This document shows, one piece after another, positions 49,320 to 61,505 of a stretch of 64,000 bases of DNA; position 1 is the first letter of the stretch; the number at the start of each line of letters is the position of its first letter. Under the pieces are notes generated by a model that was not told the origin of the DNA, ran no database searches, and worked only from the letters and a program-made list of their open reading frames with translations. The DNA is from an uncultured Pirellulaceae bacterium (GTDB lineage Bacteria > Planctomycetota > Planctomycetia > Pirellulales > Pirellulaceae): the NCBI GenBank assembly GCA_938036435.1, contig CALHPU010000049.1, forward strand, positions 15,434 to 79,433, given 5' to 3'. A program made the translations under genes and the position numbers.

Positions 49320-50921
49320 ATGACATCAAATCCCCCAAACAACTTGCGAGGCACCGAACTACTCGAACAGCTCGAGCAGGAGACGACTGCGGCGTTGGAG
49401 CGCGTCTATAAACTTGACGGCGTTACGCCGATGAGTTCGGTGACGTTAGAGAATGGTTGTAAGCTGAGCCTCAAACGAGAAGACACTTCGCGCGTCCACA
49501 GCTACAAATGGCGAGGCGCGGGCAACAAGATCGCGCGGCTGGTCGAACAGGGATTCGACGGAGCGTTAGTCGCGGCGTCGGCCGGCAACCATGCCCAAGG
49601 CGTCGCCGTTGCAGCCCGACAGTTGAAATTGAAGGCCACCATCTTCATGCCCGTGTCGACACCGGTGGTCAAGCAACGCGCTGTGAAAAACTTCGGTGGC
49701 GACCAAGTAGAAATCGTCCTGCACGGTGACGTCTTCGACGAAGCGGCGATGGCAGCGAAAACATTTGCTGCCGATCATGGCGGTGAGATCATCGCCCCCT
49801 ACGACGACATCTACGTGATTGCAGGTCAGTCCACCATCGGTGTCGAGATTGTCAACGCGATGGAACAACCGCCGACCCATATCTTTCTGGCGATCGGCGG
49901 CGGAGGTATGGTCGCCGGCGTGTCATCGGTGTTGAGGAAAGCGTTCCCTGAAGCCGTTTTGATCGGCGTCGAGGAAACGGGCCAAGCCAGTATGGGCGCT
50001 TCGATCGCCGCTCAAAAACGCGTAACGTTAGATTCCATCGACCGCTTCTGTGACGGGACGGCGGTGGCTTGTCCGGGAGAGCTTAACTTCGAAGTCTGTC
50101 GGCAGCTGTTAGATAAATGTGTCACCGTTGATAATGATCAAGTCTGCCAAGCGATTCAATTCCTGTGGCAAGAATTGCGAATCATCGTCGAACCGTCGGC
50201 GGCGCTGGGCGTCGCGGCAGCGCGAAATTATAATTTGAACGCTGAAGACCGAGCGTTAACTGTTTTGTCGGGCTCCAATGTTGATTTCATGATGTTTCCC
50301 CAAATCGCTAAACGCGGGCAAGAAGAAATTCCCGAGGAACGTTACTTCTGTTTCGAAATTGGCGAACAACCGGGTGCCTTGATCGGAATCCTCGATCACT
50401 TCTTCGGCAACATGAATATCATCGATTTTCAGTACGGCAAAGTTGCCGAGGATCGCGCCTTTCCAGTGATTGGAATCGAGGTTCCTCAATCGGCTCGCGC
50501 CGAACTAGAGGGATTCTTGCAGGACGCCTCGATCCCACCGCACAAAGAAGTTACCGGCACGGCATCGGCCGAATTCCGCGTGATCCCGTTCAGCGTTGAT
50601 CTTTTGAACCATCCTATATTCGCCGTCATCACGTTTCCTAACCGCCCGGGAGCACTGCGTGATTTCATGCGAGGTGCGGGTGATCTGGCCAACGTGTGTT
50701 ACATGAACTATAGCGACTCAGGCCAAGCCGTCGGTCAAGCGTTGATGGGATTTGAATTTGATGATGCAACTGCTGCCGAGTCGTTTACGAAATGGCTAGT
50801 GGACAGCGACATCAAATTCGAACAAATCCCGATGGCAACCATTCGCCATTTGGGCCAAACCGAAAACGGCAACGCCAGCGAAATTGGCGAATACTCAGCC
50901 GACTTCATCCGGCGCGGCTAG
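49320..50921 (+). CDS. ilvA: Threonine ammonia-lyase, biosynthetic type with two ACT-like domains
   Basis: LKRED..VHSYKWRGA, ASAGNHAQG, IGGGG, SGSNVDF, EQPGAL and NRPGAL. Adjacent to ilvC. Confidence 0.9.
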   Translation: MTSNPPNNLRGTELLEQLEQETTAALERVYKLDGVTPMSSVTLENGCKLSLKREDTSRVHSYKWRGAGNKIARLVEQGFDGALVAASAGNHAQGVAVAARQLKLKATIFMPVSTPVVKQRAVKNFGGDQVEIVLHGDVFDEAAMAAKTFAADHGGEIIAPYDDIYVIAGQSTIGVEIVNAMEQPPTHIFLAIGGGGMVAGVSSVLRKAFPEAVLIGVEETGQASMGASIAAQKRVTLDSIDRFCDGTAVACPGELNFEVCRQLLDKCVTVDNDQVCQAIQFLWQELRIIVEPSAALGVAAARNYNLNAEDRALTVLSGSNVDFMMFPQIAKRGQEEIPEERYFCFEIGEQPGALIGILDHFFGNMNIIDFQYGKVAEDRAFPVIGIEVPQSARAELEGFLQDASIPPHKEVTGTASAEFRVIPFSVDLLNHPIFAVITFPNRPGALRDFMRGAGDLANVCYMNYSDSGQAVGQALMGFEFDDATAAESFTKWLVDSDIKFEQIPMATIRHLGQTENGNASEIGEYSADFIRRG

Positions 50922-51032
50922 TGGTCTGTCAGAGTTTAGTAGAGTTTAACGCTCTAGTGGGATTTGGCTGAACAAGCTGTGACCAAACACTGGTGAGAAA
51001 GATATAAGTTAGCCCGTTGAGCACTTAGGCAC

Positions 51033-52457
51033 TTAGGCACTTGCGAAAAACAATTTCCACGCGCCGAAAAGCCCGATGGCCGCAATGGAAACTGAGCTAA
51101 CCCACAAGGCGACGTCGTAAACGATTCCCGGCTTAAACCGATCGTCTTTACCTCGGTAACGAAAATACAGCGCCGCGTAGGCAACGACAAACAGGATCAC
51201 TGTCGTTGCAACGCCACCGATAATCACCATCGCAGCTGGCTTTTTCGTAATTAGAAAATAGCAGGCCACCCAAGTCGCCGGAAATAACCACGCGAAAATC
51301 GCAAACGCAACGTGCCTCTGCTTTGGATTTCGGTAGTTCAACAATCCAATTTGTCCTACAGCATCACTGTACAAACGGGTCCAAGCTGCCAGCGCGGCCA
51401 GTAACGTCGAAAACAATACCGCCAGTGCTCCAAAGAGGAAAAAGTATCTAGCCGACACCCCTAGGGTTTCGGTGTAAATTCTTGAAAGGGTTTCGACCAG
51501 TTGATTGTGTTCGGGAACCTCGCCTTGATCATGGAGAATTGCGGCCCCAAGCAAAAAGAAAGCCACTGTCATCACTGTGTAAACGACCATCGCAAGGATC
51601 GCATCGATATACATCACACGAATCCAACCCTTGGCATCATCAACCCATTGCTGGTTGTCCTCGCACGGTCCAGTGTTTCGCGCGTATCCTTTTTCCAACA
51701 ACCAATAGTTGTACGCCATGATCTCGTCGCCGCCGACTCCAGTGATTCCAAACGCCCCCAGAGCCACAAACGCAACTGCGGCAGGCAACTGAAACTTAAG
51801 CCCGCCAGCGATGTCAGGCCAAGCGATCGCATTGGGTGTCCACTGAAGTTGGAACAAAGAAAACAGCGTCAACAAAGTAAACAGTCCCGTCATCACCAAC
51901 GAGACCTTCTCGATCACTTGGTAGTTGCCGCGAAAAACCAGCGACGACACGACAACTGCCGCGACGATGCTCCAGACGAAGACAGAATTTATCGGTATAG
52001 CAATGCTGCCCAAGACGATTGCCAAATCTGCTGGCAAGATGCCTGACAACGGCAAGATCATGGACAAAATCACCGCGACTGTCCCAACGATCGCACCAAC
52101 TTGCAGCGGTTTAAGGATCATCAATAGCAACCACAGCCAGATTGACCAATTCGCTTTTCCGATCCGTGGACCGGGCAAAGTGTTGAGCGATTCCATTGTC
52201 GTCTGACCGGTGAGAATGGCCTGCTTCCCAAACTCTAACTGCACCGCCACCTTAACAAGGCAACTGACCAAGATCACCCACAGTGCAACAAAACCAGCAG
52301 TGGCTCCCAAGTGTGTCGTGGCTATCAGTTCGCCGGATCCAACAATGGATGCCGACAGGATAAATCCGGGTCCCAGATGTTTCAGAGTTCCCCCCCAAGT
52401 TGTCGGAGGTGCGAGCCGTGCTTCAGAAGACTGCTGGTAGGGATCTGTCCTTGTCAT
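51033..52457 (-). CDS. NRAMP-superfamily (APC-fold) membrane transporter
   Basis: LGPGFILSASIVGSGELI, about 11 TM helices, YNYW and LFST. Confidence 0.8.
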   Translation of the reverse strand: MTRTDPYQQSSEARLAPPTTWGGTLKHLGPGFILSASIVGSGELIATTHLGATAGFVALWVILVSCLVKVAVQLEFGKQAILTGQTTMESLNTLPGPRIGKANWSIWLWLLLMILKPLQVGAIVGTVAVILSMILPLSGILPADLAIVLGSIAIPINSVFVWSIVAAVVVSSLVFRGNYQVIEKVSLVMTGLFTLLTLFSLFQLQWTPNAIAWPDIAGGLKFQLPAAVAFVALGAFGITGVGGDEIMAYNYWLLEKGYARNTGPCEDNQQWVDDAKGWIRVMYIDAILAMVVYTVMTVAFFLLGAAILHDQGEVPEHNQLVETLSRIYTETLGVSARYFFLFGALAVLFSTLLAALAAWTRLYSDAVGQIGLLNYRNPKQRHVAFAIFAWLFPATWVACYFLITKKPAAMVIIGGVATTVILFVVAYAALYFRYRGKDDRFKPGIVYDVALWVSSVSIAAIGLFGAWKLFFASA

Positions 52458-52861
52458 TTTGACTTTCGAGATTGTAGCGTGGCGACGAAGAATTCAGTCA
52501 GCCAATATAACCTACAGTCAAGCCAAGTCATACGATGTTCTTGATCTGTTCAATCAAGGCATCGTTGCGTGGAAACTTATTTCCCTCGGACTGTTTTGAA
52601 TAGATAACTTGTCCGTCTAACAAAACATCAAACACGCCGCCGCTACCAGCGACCAAGTCTGCATCAATATCAAAATTCGCCTTGAGCTCTGCCGCCAAAC
52701 TGGTGGCCTGAGGAAGGTAGAATCACTCGTTACAGTATTCGATTTGAATATTCATCGGCTTATCTCATCCTCGCATTAGACAATCGGTTTCTTTCGGCAA
52801 AATACCGCTTTTGACTTTTGGCTTTGTCCCTCAGCGCCAGTAATTACTTTAACCACACCGC

Positions 52862-53566
52862 CTAATTCAAACTAAAGTCCGGCGGAAAAGTGGGCCGACT
52901 GGCAACCTCTTCGTGGGCTGCCTTCTTTTTAAGCCCACGCATAGCCTTGAGTATCATTTCAGCCCGTTGACACACCAAATTAGTGTCCAACATTTGCTGC
53001 AACTCCAATGGGTTGGCACCGCTAGAATAAGCAATCAAGTCAATTAATTGGCCCGTTGACACGTTGCTGTCCAAAAGGCTTTCCAAAGATTCTTTGTCTA
53101 GATGGGAATTGTTGGGAAGAATTTCCAGAAACCGATTCACAATCTTCAGTCGCAACTCTTTGGCCATAAGCTCATCTTCGACCTCATCTTTAATCAACTC
53201 AACTCGCGCTTTACGAAACGGAAGCTCGAAATTTACTTCCTCCAAAACTTTGGCCCGATGCACTCCCGCCAACAACAGGTTATAGCACCCATTCTCCAGT
53301 TTGGCGTGAGTCAAAATTTTCCCGACGCATACCGTCTCGAAGATTGCAGGGCGCTCGAGCGAAGCCGTTAGCTGCTCCGGCTTAAGCATTGCCATCGTGA
53401 TCAATCCGTCCTGTTCCAATGCTTCCTCAGTCATCATCCGATAGCGAGGCTCAAACACATTGAGCGCCTGGATAACACCGGGAAACAAAACAAGATTGGG
53501 CAAAGGAAACAGCCGAGCGATTCCATCAAAATCGCTTGGCATTTCTATTCTACGTTCAGCCATCAT
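52862..53566 (-). CDS. Lon protease N-terminal substrate-binding domain protein
   Basis: LFPLPNLVLFPG...LNVFEPRYR.M and G.YNLLL.G. Confidence 0.88.
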   Translation of the reverse strand: MMAERRIEMPSDFDGIARLFPLPNLVLFPGVIQALNVFEPRYRMMTEEALEQDGLITMAMLKPEQLTASLERPAIFETVCVGKILTHAKLENGCYNLLLAGVHRAKVLEEVNFELPFRKARVELIKDEVEDELMAKELRLKIVNRFLEILPNNSHLDKESLESLLDSNVSTGQLIDLIAYSSGANPLELQQMLDTNLVCQRAEMILKAMRGLKKKAAHEEVASRPTFPPDFSLN

Positions 53567-53630
53567 TGACCTGAGTTTTAAAGGGGGTTGGCGTCAATCG
53601 TTTCCCGCCAAAGTTGACTCTTTGATTGTA

Positions 53631-54359
53631 CTACTCGTCAAAACTCATAAATATTTGCAAGACATACCAGAACAACAGTGCCACAGATGCAAATAGTGAC
53701 AGCGACGCCGCAACGTGCTGGTTTGTATTGTAGTGACGCAACACATTGGATGTGCTGTACAGGATCGACCCACTGGCCAACAGCACCATCGCCACAGAGA
53801 ACCACAGGCCAAGGTTAAAGCCAAACATGATGCCGGCAGCAATTAGAGCCAACGCCACCAAACCGCCAACGCAAAGTGCTGAGCGAAGAATTGAGAAATC
53901 GTACTTCGTTAAGAACACGATCAACGTCAAACCGCTAAATACAAATGCCGTGACGATCCCCGCCGAGGCAATCGCTCCGGGCGCGAAATGGTTGGCGATA
54001 TATAACAAAGGCACAAACAACAGGGCTTCGGCGAACACATAAGTTCCCAGACCGACATACTGCATCGAACGCGATGTGTTGCTGTGCGCCCAACGATCGG
54101 CGATAAAGCTGACTCCCATGAACGCTCCTAATACGAACATCCAATTCCAACCGCTGGTTACCATCGGAACAATGCTCTGAAGCTGGCTATCGAACGCTGT
54201 GATGATGAACGCGTCCAAGGCCACCATCGCGAGAATGGCACCTAACAGATGTAAATAGGTATTGCGGATAAAAGCAGCGCGTTCAGAAACCTGGGCGTCG
54301 GCAGCGATGCTTCCATGGGAGTTTGTGTAGGTCTGCTGGTAAGGATTGTCATTCATCAA
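53631..54359 (-). CDS. Bax inhibitor-1/YccA family membrane protein
   Basis: FIRNTY.HL, 7 TM helices, KYDFSIL, ILYSTS and LFWYVLQI. Confidence 0.88.
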   Translation of the reverse strand: MMNDNPYQQTYTNSHGSIAADAQVSERAAFIRNTYLHLLGAILAMVALDAFIITAFDSQLQSIVPMVTSGWNWMFVLGAFMGVSFIADRWAHSNTSRSMQYVGLGTYVFAEALLFVPLLYIANHFAPGAIASAGIVTAFVFSGLTLIVFLTKYDFSILRSALCVGGLVALALIAAGIMFGFNLGLWFSVAMVLLASGSILYSTSNVLRHYNTNQHVAASLSLFASVALLFWYVLQIFMSFDE

Positions 54360-54683
54360 GTTTGCTTCCTAGTGTAAGTGAGAGACTTATCGATACATTA
54401 TTACATTTTCTGAGTATCGTGCAGCGTCAATCTTCTGCCGAGCCACCGTTTCCTCAGGCTTGCCTCAAAAACCCGAAAACACGCAGCCCGGATAGATTCG
54501 CCAGTTGACACAGCTCGCCGGCGGAAACACAATCCTCAACTAGACAGTTGGCAACATGGCATTTATACAATCTTTTGCCCGCTCTTTGTCAATCTGATGG
54601 CATAATTGGTGACCGCAGCAAATTGCTCTCAAGTGTAAGTCTTTCCGTTTTAGTCACTTCCCTCCAATCAGGCTGATTCTTCT

Positions 54684-55253
54684 ATGATTCTATCGGGCAA
54701 AGAAATTGAGAAACGCCTTGGAAGTGATATAAAGATAGATCCGTTCAAACCGGAAAATCTTAACCCCAACAGTTACAACCTCACCCTCCATCACGACGTG
54801 ATAACCTATGAGGAAGTGGTGTTGGACATGAAGAAAAGTAACCGCGTGCGCGAGTCGGTGATCCCAGAAACGGGCCTGACGCTGGAACCCCACAGGCTCT
54901 ATCTCGCTCGCACGGTGGAGCGCACCGAGACTCACAACTTGGTCCCGATGATTGAAGGCCGCTCTTCGATCGGTCGTTTAGGATTATTCGTTCACGTCAC
55001 TGCTGGCTTTGGTGATGTAGGATTCGCCGGATATTGGACTTTAGAAATGTTTGCTGTTCAGCCCGTAAAAATTTACCCGGGCGTTTCTATCTGTCAGATC
55101 TTCTACCATGAAATTTCCGGAGATGTGGACGAATACAAAAGCGGCAAGTATCAAAACAACAAAGGCATACAGCCAAGTTTGTTGTATCGTGAATTGAACT
55201 CCGATGGTGCGGAAACCGAAGAGCCGCAGATGAAGCTTGGATTTTCTAAGTAG
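54684..55253 (+). CDS. dcd: dCTP deaminase
   Basis: MILSGKEI, NPNSYNL, EGRSSIGRLG, AGFGDVGF.G..TLE, ICQI and KYQ. Confidence 0.93.
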   Translation: MILSGKEIEKRLGSDIKIDPFKPENLNPNSYNLTLHHDVITYEEVVLDMKKSNRVRESVIPETGLTLEPHRLYLARTVERTETHNLVPMIEGRSSIGRLGLFVHVTAGFGDVGFAGYWTLEMFAVQPVKIYPGVSICQIFYHEISGDVDEYKSGKYQNNKGIQPSLLYRELNSDGAETEEPQMKLGFSK

Positions 55254-55403
55254 GCGGCGACTGACGACTTCAACCGCACGGCAGATTCAAAAAAGGCCAG
55301 TCATCACGATAGGCGTTTATGCACTCTTCTTTAGGCCGGCGGCCGGCACATGAACTGCCGGTGGCGTGAGACATCGGACCAGACATCAACAAGCAATCAA
55401 CCT

Positions 55404-55437
55404 CGGAGGGCGACACAAGAGGTTGTTTCGCCCTCCG
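55404..55437. repeat. Hairpin / REP-like palindrome between convergent genes
   Basis: CGGAGGGCGACACAA-GAGG-TTGTTTCGCCCTCCG. Related CCGGTGGCG remnants at about 55358 and 55529. Confidence 0.55.
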
Positions 55438-55552
55438 GGCTAAAGCAATCCAAAGAACAGCTTGAAGTAAGTGATGAAATTCTAAAGTGATTGTCGTTGC
55501 CGGTTAGCATCTGTTCCTGCACCAACAACCGGTGGCGAAGCGGCATTTGCCT

Positions 55553-57319
55553 CTAATGCGTTGCCGATCCAGCATCGCTTGGATTACGAATGTTCTCCAC
55601 CATGTCGACGATTTCTTGTGGCGGAGCCGGCGTCACTGCTGAAACAGCGTTCGCAACCGCAAAATTCAGCAACATCCCAAAGAAGCCAATGCCCTCAGGA
55701 GAGATACCGAAGAAATATTCTTTGTGCTGGGCGATGAACTGAAAATAAACGATGTACCCCAACGTCAATCCGACGCCCGCGACCATCCCCAGAATCGCTC
55801 CCTCGCGATTTATTCGTTTGGAAAAAATCCCCATCAAAATCGTGGGGAAGAACGAAGACGCGGCCAAACCAAACGCAAACGCAACCGTCTTGGCCACAAA
55901 TTCAGCTGGCGGGTTGATTCCAAAGTAGGCCGCAATCACCAGAAAACAAAACGACGCTCCGCGCGCACATTTGACTTCCGTCGCGTCGCTCATATTCGGA
56001 CTGACAATCTTCTTCATTAAATCGTGCGAGATAGACGTCGACAAAACCAGCAGCAGGCCGGCGGCGGTTGAAAGGGCTGCGGCCACGCACCCGGCCATCA
56101 CCAGAGCGATCACCCACATCGGTAATCCAGCCATTTCAGGATTCGCCATCACTAGAATATCACGGTCGTAAAACACCTCATTGGTGTTGTCCGATAATTC
56201 ATTGGTCACTGCTCGGGGCGCGTCCTCGACCCGCTCCGCTGTATAAACAGGCTTGCCCGCAAACGCAGCTCCTGCCGAGTGCTGCATCACGCCATCACCG
56301 TTCTTGTCGACCCACGCGATCAACCCGCGATCCTCCCAGTTCTTGAACCAATCAGGAGCCTCGGCATAGCTGCGGTTGTGCACTTCTGAAATTAAGTTCG
56401 TTCGAGCGAAAGCTCCAATCGCCGGAGCCGTTAAATAAACCACTGCAATAAACAACAGTGTCCAACACGCTGACGCTCGGACGGCTTTCACCGATTTCAC
56501 GGTAAAGAAACGGACGATCACGTGCGGCAACCCTGCCGTACCACACATCAGCGCTGCGGTGATGCAGAACATGTCCATTTTCCCAAGACTGCCATCAGTG
56601 TACTGGGCGAAACCTAATTCTGTGTTGAGCGTATTTAGCTTGGAAAGCAGCGGAACAGGATCCGCATCGCCCTTGGTGAAGTCGCCAATCAAGCCAAGTT
56701 GTGGAATGACGTTGCCGGTCAGCAGCATGGAAATAAAGATTGCCGGAATCGTGTAGGCAAACACCATTACACAATACTGTGCCACCTGAGTGTAAGTGAT
56801 TCCTTTCATCCCGCCCAACCCGGCGTAGAAAAAAACAATGCTCGCTCCAATAATCACGCCTAACCAAATCTCGATCTCAAACAAACGTGAAAACACGATT
56901 CCAACACCGCGCATCTGGCCCATGATGTAGGTCATGCAAATGAAAATTGCACAGATCACGCCAACAGCGCGAGCGACGTTGGAATAAAATCTATCCCCCA
57001 AGAAATCCGTTACCGTGAATTTGTTGAACTTTCGCAGATAGGGTACGATCAGCGTGGTCAGTAGCACAAAACCACCCGTCCATCCCATCAGAAAGCGCGA
57101 GGCGTCATAACCGCTGGCCGCAATGATGCCAGCCATTGAGATAAAAGTCGCCGCCGACATCCAATCCGCTGCGGTAGCCATTCCATTTGCAAAAGGAGAT
57201 ACGCCGCCGCTGGCCACGTAGTACTCTTTTGTGGTCGCCGCCCGCGACTTGATCGCGATCCAGATATATAGTGCGAACGAACCGCCGATAAAAATAAAAT
57301 TCCAAATGTCTTGATTCAC
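55553..57319 (-). CDS. Sodium:solute symporter, ActP-related
   Basis: [37 protein letters not shown] and [11 protein letters not shown]. Confidence 0.92.
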   Translation of the reverse strand: MNQDIWNFIFIGGSFALYIWIAIKSRAATTKEYYVASGGVSPFANGMATAADWMSAATFISMAGIIAASGYDASRFLMGWTGGFVLLTTLIVPYLRKFNKFTVTDFLGDRFYSNVARAVGVICAIFICMTYIMGQMRGVGIVFSRLFEIEIWLGVIIGASIVFFYAGLGGMKGITYTQVAQYCVMVFAYTIPAIFISMLLTGNVIPQLGLIGDFTKGDADPVPLLSKLNTLNTELGFAQYTDGSLGKMDMFCITAALMCGTAGLPHVIVRFFTVKSVKAVRASACWTLLFIAVVYLTAPAIGAFARTNLISEVHNRSYAEAPDWFKNWEDRGLIAWVDKNGDGVMQHSAGAAFAGKPVYTAERVEDAPRAVTNELSDNTNEVFYDRDILVMANPEMAGLPMWVIALVMAGCVAAALSTAAGLLLVLSTSISHDLMKKIVSPNMSDATEVKCARGASFCFLVIAAYFGINPPAEFVAKTVAFAFGLAASSFFPTILMGIFSKRINREGAILGMVAGVGLTLGYIVYFQFIAQHKEYFFGISPEGIGFFGMLLNFAVANAVSAVTPAPPQEIVDMVENIRNPSDAGSATH

Positions 57320-57645
57320 GACCGATCCCTCTCATCAAAACCATACTGCTTATCCAGTCGGTTCATCAAAAACCGATAGAGCAACAGCAGCGCTAAGAAG
57401 CTGATGATAGAACCTTGCTGAGCCATCCAAAAACCGAAAGGGGCTCCACCAACACTTGGCAGCAGGGAATCAAGTAATTCGCGAAATAAGATACCGCACC
57501 CCAAAGACGCAAACAGCCAGATTGCTAGGACGATATAGACGACACGGAGGCTTTGGGACCAATAACCGCCGCGCGACACTGGCTTAGCGGTTGATTCTTC
57601 AGTCGATGTGCTCATATTGAAATCGGAAGGAAGTGTGGTGATCAA
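57316..57645 (-). CDS. Small membrane partner subunit of the symporter (DUF4212-like)
   Basis: YW, two TM helices, [12 protein letters not shown] and MNRLDKQYG. Overlaps the symporter start by 4 bp. Confidence 0.85.
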   Translation of the reverse strand: MITTLPSDFNMSTSTEESTAKPVSRGGYWSQSLRVVYIVLAIWLFASLGCGILFRELLDSLLPSVGGAPFGFWMAQQGSIISFLALLLLYRFLMNRLDKQYGFDERDRS

Positions 57646-57774
57646 AGGAAGAAAAGAAACTCAATCGTATGAACTTCTCTTCTGTCATCTTGACACAACC
57701 ACCACAACAACGGAAGCGCGTAATGGCTGTTGCGAGAAATTCCATCGAAGCGAAATCAACAACGCACCAAAGAC

Positions 57775-58296
57775 TTACTTTGCCTCAGCAAACGTGCCAA
57801 ACATCTTGAGCAGCTGGTTCTCTGATTTTGGGGTGACTACAATTCGATCACCGTGTTGAAGCGCATAGTCTGTCTCTGGACGAACCGTCTTTTTGCTGGG
57901 GTTATACTGGCAGGTCATCTGAAGTGGCTGATGAGTGCCCTCGAGATTACGCATGACCACAACATCCATCGAACGAAACTTCTTCATCGCGCCAGATGCT
58001 TCGAGGGCCGATTGTACCGTCGTACCGCGCCCAACATTGCCTTTGAATTTCTTGCTTCCACCATACGACATCTGCATGTCAACCAAATACTGAGCCTGCG
58101 ATCCAGAAGCGATCGGTGTTTGACCTGAGTCCGCCAACATGCCGCTGGACGAAAAGGAACTTGGCAATGTCGAGCATCCGGTTGCCAAGGTTGCACCGAT
58201 CACGATCATCATCGCCATGGCCAAGTGACCGAACATGATCGGCTTCGTACGTGCTGTATTGATGGTCGCCACTTTTGAGTTCTGAAATTTGGACAT
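57775..58296 (-). CDS. Lipoprotein with beta-grasp/SLBB-like domain
   Basis: Lipobox ATGC, TVQSALEASGA and DYALQHGDRIVV. Confidence 0.7.
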   Translation of the reverse strand: MSKFQNSKVATINTARTKPIMFGHLAMAMMIVIGATLATGCSTLPSSFSSSGMLADSGQTPIASGSQAQYLVDMQMSYGGSKKFKGNVGRGTTVQSALEASGAMKKFRSMDVVVMRNLEGTHQPLQMTCQYNPSKKTVRPETDYALQHGDRIVVTPKSENQLLKMFGTFAEAK

Positions 58297-58604
58297 GATT
58301 GTGTTGCGTTGGTAATTGCTGTTGACGGAAGCCCCCACACTCTTCTTTGATCGAGCAGCCACCGAGAAAAATGTAGTCCAATCCAGAATATTTTATGTAA
58401 TCGTCAAAATTTACCAACAAAGCCTCGGGCCCCTTCCGTATCCACCTTTCCATGCTAGCGTGATGAAGTTCGATTGATCACCAAAACAAACACGACAAAT
58501 TAGCGAGTGAGCTTTGAATCATTTTTCGTAGCCGATCTCGCTAGAGATTGGAAATTTGCGTGTGAGGCGTCTAAAGTCTTGCGACTTCGGCTACGAGGAA
58601 CCTT

Positions 58605-59408
58605 ATGAACCAGTGGAAAGAAAAAGTCGTCGTCATCACAGGCGGCTCTAGCGGATTGGGAGAAGCCCTCGCCCGGCAGTTCGCTGCCACCGGTGCTCGA
58701 GTGGTCTGTTTGGCGCGAGGGAAAGAACAACTTCAAACCACCACCGACGAGCTGGCCGCGAGCGGAAGCGCCGACGTTCGATCGGTCGTCGCCGATGTAA
58801 CCGATGATCAAAGTGTTTCCAGTGCAGTGGCTTCAATTTTGGAATCGCATGGCCGAATCGATGTCTGGATCAATAACGTCGGCAAGTCACTTCGAATCGC
58901 GCTCGCTGATGCAACGGTTGCCAGTTTCGAAGACCTCATGCAAATCAATTTCTATTCTGCGGTGCGCTGTACCCAAGCCGTCCTCGACGAACTCGAACGA
59001 AACGATGGATCGCTGATCAACGTTGGTTCTCTAGCCTCCAAAACAGGTTGGCCTTACGTTTCTCCCTACAGCGCCTCCAAACATGCGCTGGCCGCCTATC
59101 ACCATCAGCTTCGACTGGAGGGACCATCGAATGTGCACTTCCTGTTGGTCTGCCCGGGGCCAATTCGCCGCGCTGACAGCCAAACGCGTTACTCCGATCA
59201 AGCTACCGGCTTGCCCGACGACGCTGCCAAACCAGGCGCAGGCGTGAAGGTAAAAGGAATGCCTCCGGATGAACTGGCCCAGCGAATTAGAATCGCATGT
59301 GAGAAACGCAAACTCGAATTGGTGATGCCATGGAAAGCGCGTATTGCTTTCGCCCTTTCGCAGTTGTCCCCTTGGTTGGGTGACAAATTGCTAAAACGTT
59401 TCAATTAG
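58605..59408 (+). CDS. Short-chain dehydrogenase/reductase
   Basis: TGGSSGLG, NNVG, YSASK and CPG. Confidence 0.93.
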   Translation: MNQWKEKVVVITGGSSGLGEALARQFAATGARVVCLARGKEQLQTTTDELAASGSADVRSVVADVTDDQSVSSAVASILESHGRIDVWINNVGKSLRIALADATVASFEDLMQINFYSAVRCTQAVLDELERNDGSLINVGSLASKTGWPYVSPYSASKHALAAYHHQLRLEGPSNVHFLLVCPGPIRRADSQTRYSDQATGLPDDAAKPGAGVKVKGMPPDELAQRIRIACEKRKLELVMPWKARIAFALSQLSPWLGDKLLKRFN

Positions 59409-60194
59409 AAACCATCCAAGATGGCGTGATTTCTCCTGCGACAAACTGGCCGCCTTTATGCGATTCGAGACTATGTTGCCCAAAATTGCGACGTGAGTTC
59501 CGACGCAAGAAATCGCCAGCGATATGGCCATTGCCATCGACAAATCCCACCTGTACGATCCGCCTCAGGTACCCCTTTTTCCGGCGACTACCGATGGCTG
59601 GAAGTTGTCTACAAATCCGATGGAAACAAGGATGCGCAGCAAATCACCAACAACTTCTCCATTGGTTCTGGCGGCGGCAATGGTGACACATTTAGTTTGG
59701 GTATCAGCTGGGCTATGGTGTGCAATAACGAATTCGGCAATGACCTCGATAATTGGTTCCCACTTTGGGATATAACAGCCAAAAGTATGATGCGAGTTCG
59801 GAGTTCCCGCTACGTTGGACCGGATCTACGGCCCCGCTGTCAAAACCAACGGCAATGAGCGCGTCATGTCCAGAGCGTTTGTCGATTACGTTCGAACCCA
59901 CGAGAGTAATAAACCTTACATAACAAAGCGAAACCTTTGTTGAAAGGCAAAGTTTAATGCTGCGAAGTCATTCTGGTTTTGCGGCGTTTTCTATTTGCCA
60001 GGCAAATATTCTCGAAGCTCGTGAAAACGCAATGTTCGCCTTTTGTTGTTGGAGCGGAATTCTTGCGATGCAAAAACTGTCGTCGAACCTCAATTGGCAG
60101 GTTGATTCTCCTAACTGACAATGAGACACTATTGCCCAACATTTTTTTTGGCTTGAAGTTATTTCGTTTTCTTAATTGCATAGGACCTACCTAG

Positions 60195-61505
60195 ATGGCA
60201 GCTTTCTCGGACATCCCCCAAATTCAATTCGAGGGACCGGACTCAGACAATCCGCTTGCGTTTCGTTATTACAATCCAGACGAGATGATCGAGGGGAAAT
60301 CGATGAAGGACCATTTACGGTTCAGCGTCGTTTACTGGCATACGTTCCGCGCCAACGGCAGCGATCCTTTCGGCGCTCCTACGCTCAACCGCCCTTGGGA
60401 AGATGGTACTGACTCTGTCGAGAACGCTCAAAATCGCGTGCGTGTCGCGTTCGAGTTTATGGAAAAACTACAAGCGCCCTTCTATGCGTTTCACGATCGA
60501 GACATCGCACCAGAGGGCGACTCGATGGCCGAGTCGCACGACAATCTAGATAAGATTGCCGACGTGCTGGAAGAAGAACAGAAACGAACAGGCATTAAAC
60601 TGCTGTGGGGAACCGCTAATATGTTCTCCAACCCACGTTTCATGCACGGAGCAGCGACCAGTTGTAACGCTGACGTTTTTGCTTTCGCTGCTGGACAGGT
60701 CAAAAAGGCGATGGAAGTTACACTGCGACTGGGAGGAGAGAATTACGTTTTCTGGGGTGGGCGCGAAGGTTACATGAACCTCTATAACACTGACATGAAA
60801 CGAGAGATGGATCACTTGGGTCAGTTCCTCAACATGGCAGTCGCTTACGCTGATGAGATAGGATTCAAAGGCACGTTCTTGATCGAGCCTAAACCCAAAG
60901 AGCCCACCAAGCACCAGTACGACAGCGATGCGGCCGCTTGTATCAATTTCTTACGCGCCTACGGTCTGATGGATCGGTTCAAGCTAAACATTGAAACCAA
61001 TCACGCAACGCTGGCAGGTCACACAATGATGCACGAGCTTGACTACGCCGGTGCGCAGGATTGTCTTGGGTCAATCGACGCCAATACGGGCGACCTCTTG
61101 TTGGGCTGGGACACCGACCAGTTTCCAACCGACATTTACTTGACCACACAGTGCATGATGGCGATTCTCAAGCACGGTGGATTGGGAGACGGAGGTGTGA
61201 ATTTTGATGCGAAGGTTCGACGCGAAAGTATCGACCCAATCGATTTATTCCACGCTCATATTGGTGGCATGGACGCATTTGCTCGAGGTTTGAAAATTGC
61301 AGCGGCGATTCGCGCAGAGGGCGGACTACAGCAATTCGTAGACGAAAGGTACTCTAGCTGGGATACTGGTATTGGCGCACAAATCGAAAGCGGCAAGCAC
61401 GATTTCAACTCGCTCAGCACCTACATGTTGGACAAGGGCGAAGCTGATCCAAACACCAGCGGTCGTCAGGAAATGCTGGAGAACCACATTAATCGGTTCA
61501 TCTAG
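60195..61505 (+). CDS. xylA: Xylose isomerase (class II)
   Basis: [46 protein letters not shown] and NFDAK. Confidence 0.97.
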   Translation: MAAFSDIPQIQFEGPDSDNPLAFRYYNPDEMIEGKSMKDHLRFSVVYWHTFRANGSDPFGAPTLNRPWEDGTDSVENAQNRVRVAFEFMEKLQAPFYAFHDRDIAPEGDSMAESHDNLDKIADVLEEEQKRTGIKLLWGTANMFSNPRFMHGAATSCNADVFAFAAGQVKKAMEVTLRLGGENYVFWGGREGYMNLYNTDMKREMDHLGQFLNMAVAYADEIGFKGTFLIEPKPKEPTKHQYDSDAAACINFLRAYGLMDRFKLNIETNHATLAGHTMMHELDYAGAQDCLGSIDANTGDLLLGWDTDQFPTDIYLTTQCMMAILKHGGLGDGGVNFDAKVRRESIDPIDLFHAHIGGMDAFARGLKIAAAIRAEGGLQQFVDERYSSWDTGIGAQIESGKHDFNSLSTYMLDKGEADPNTSGRQEMLENHINRFI

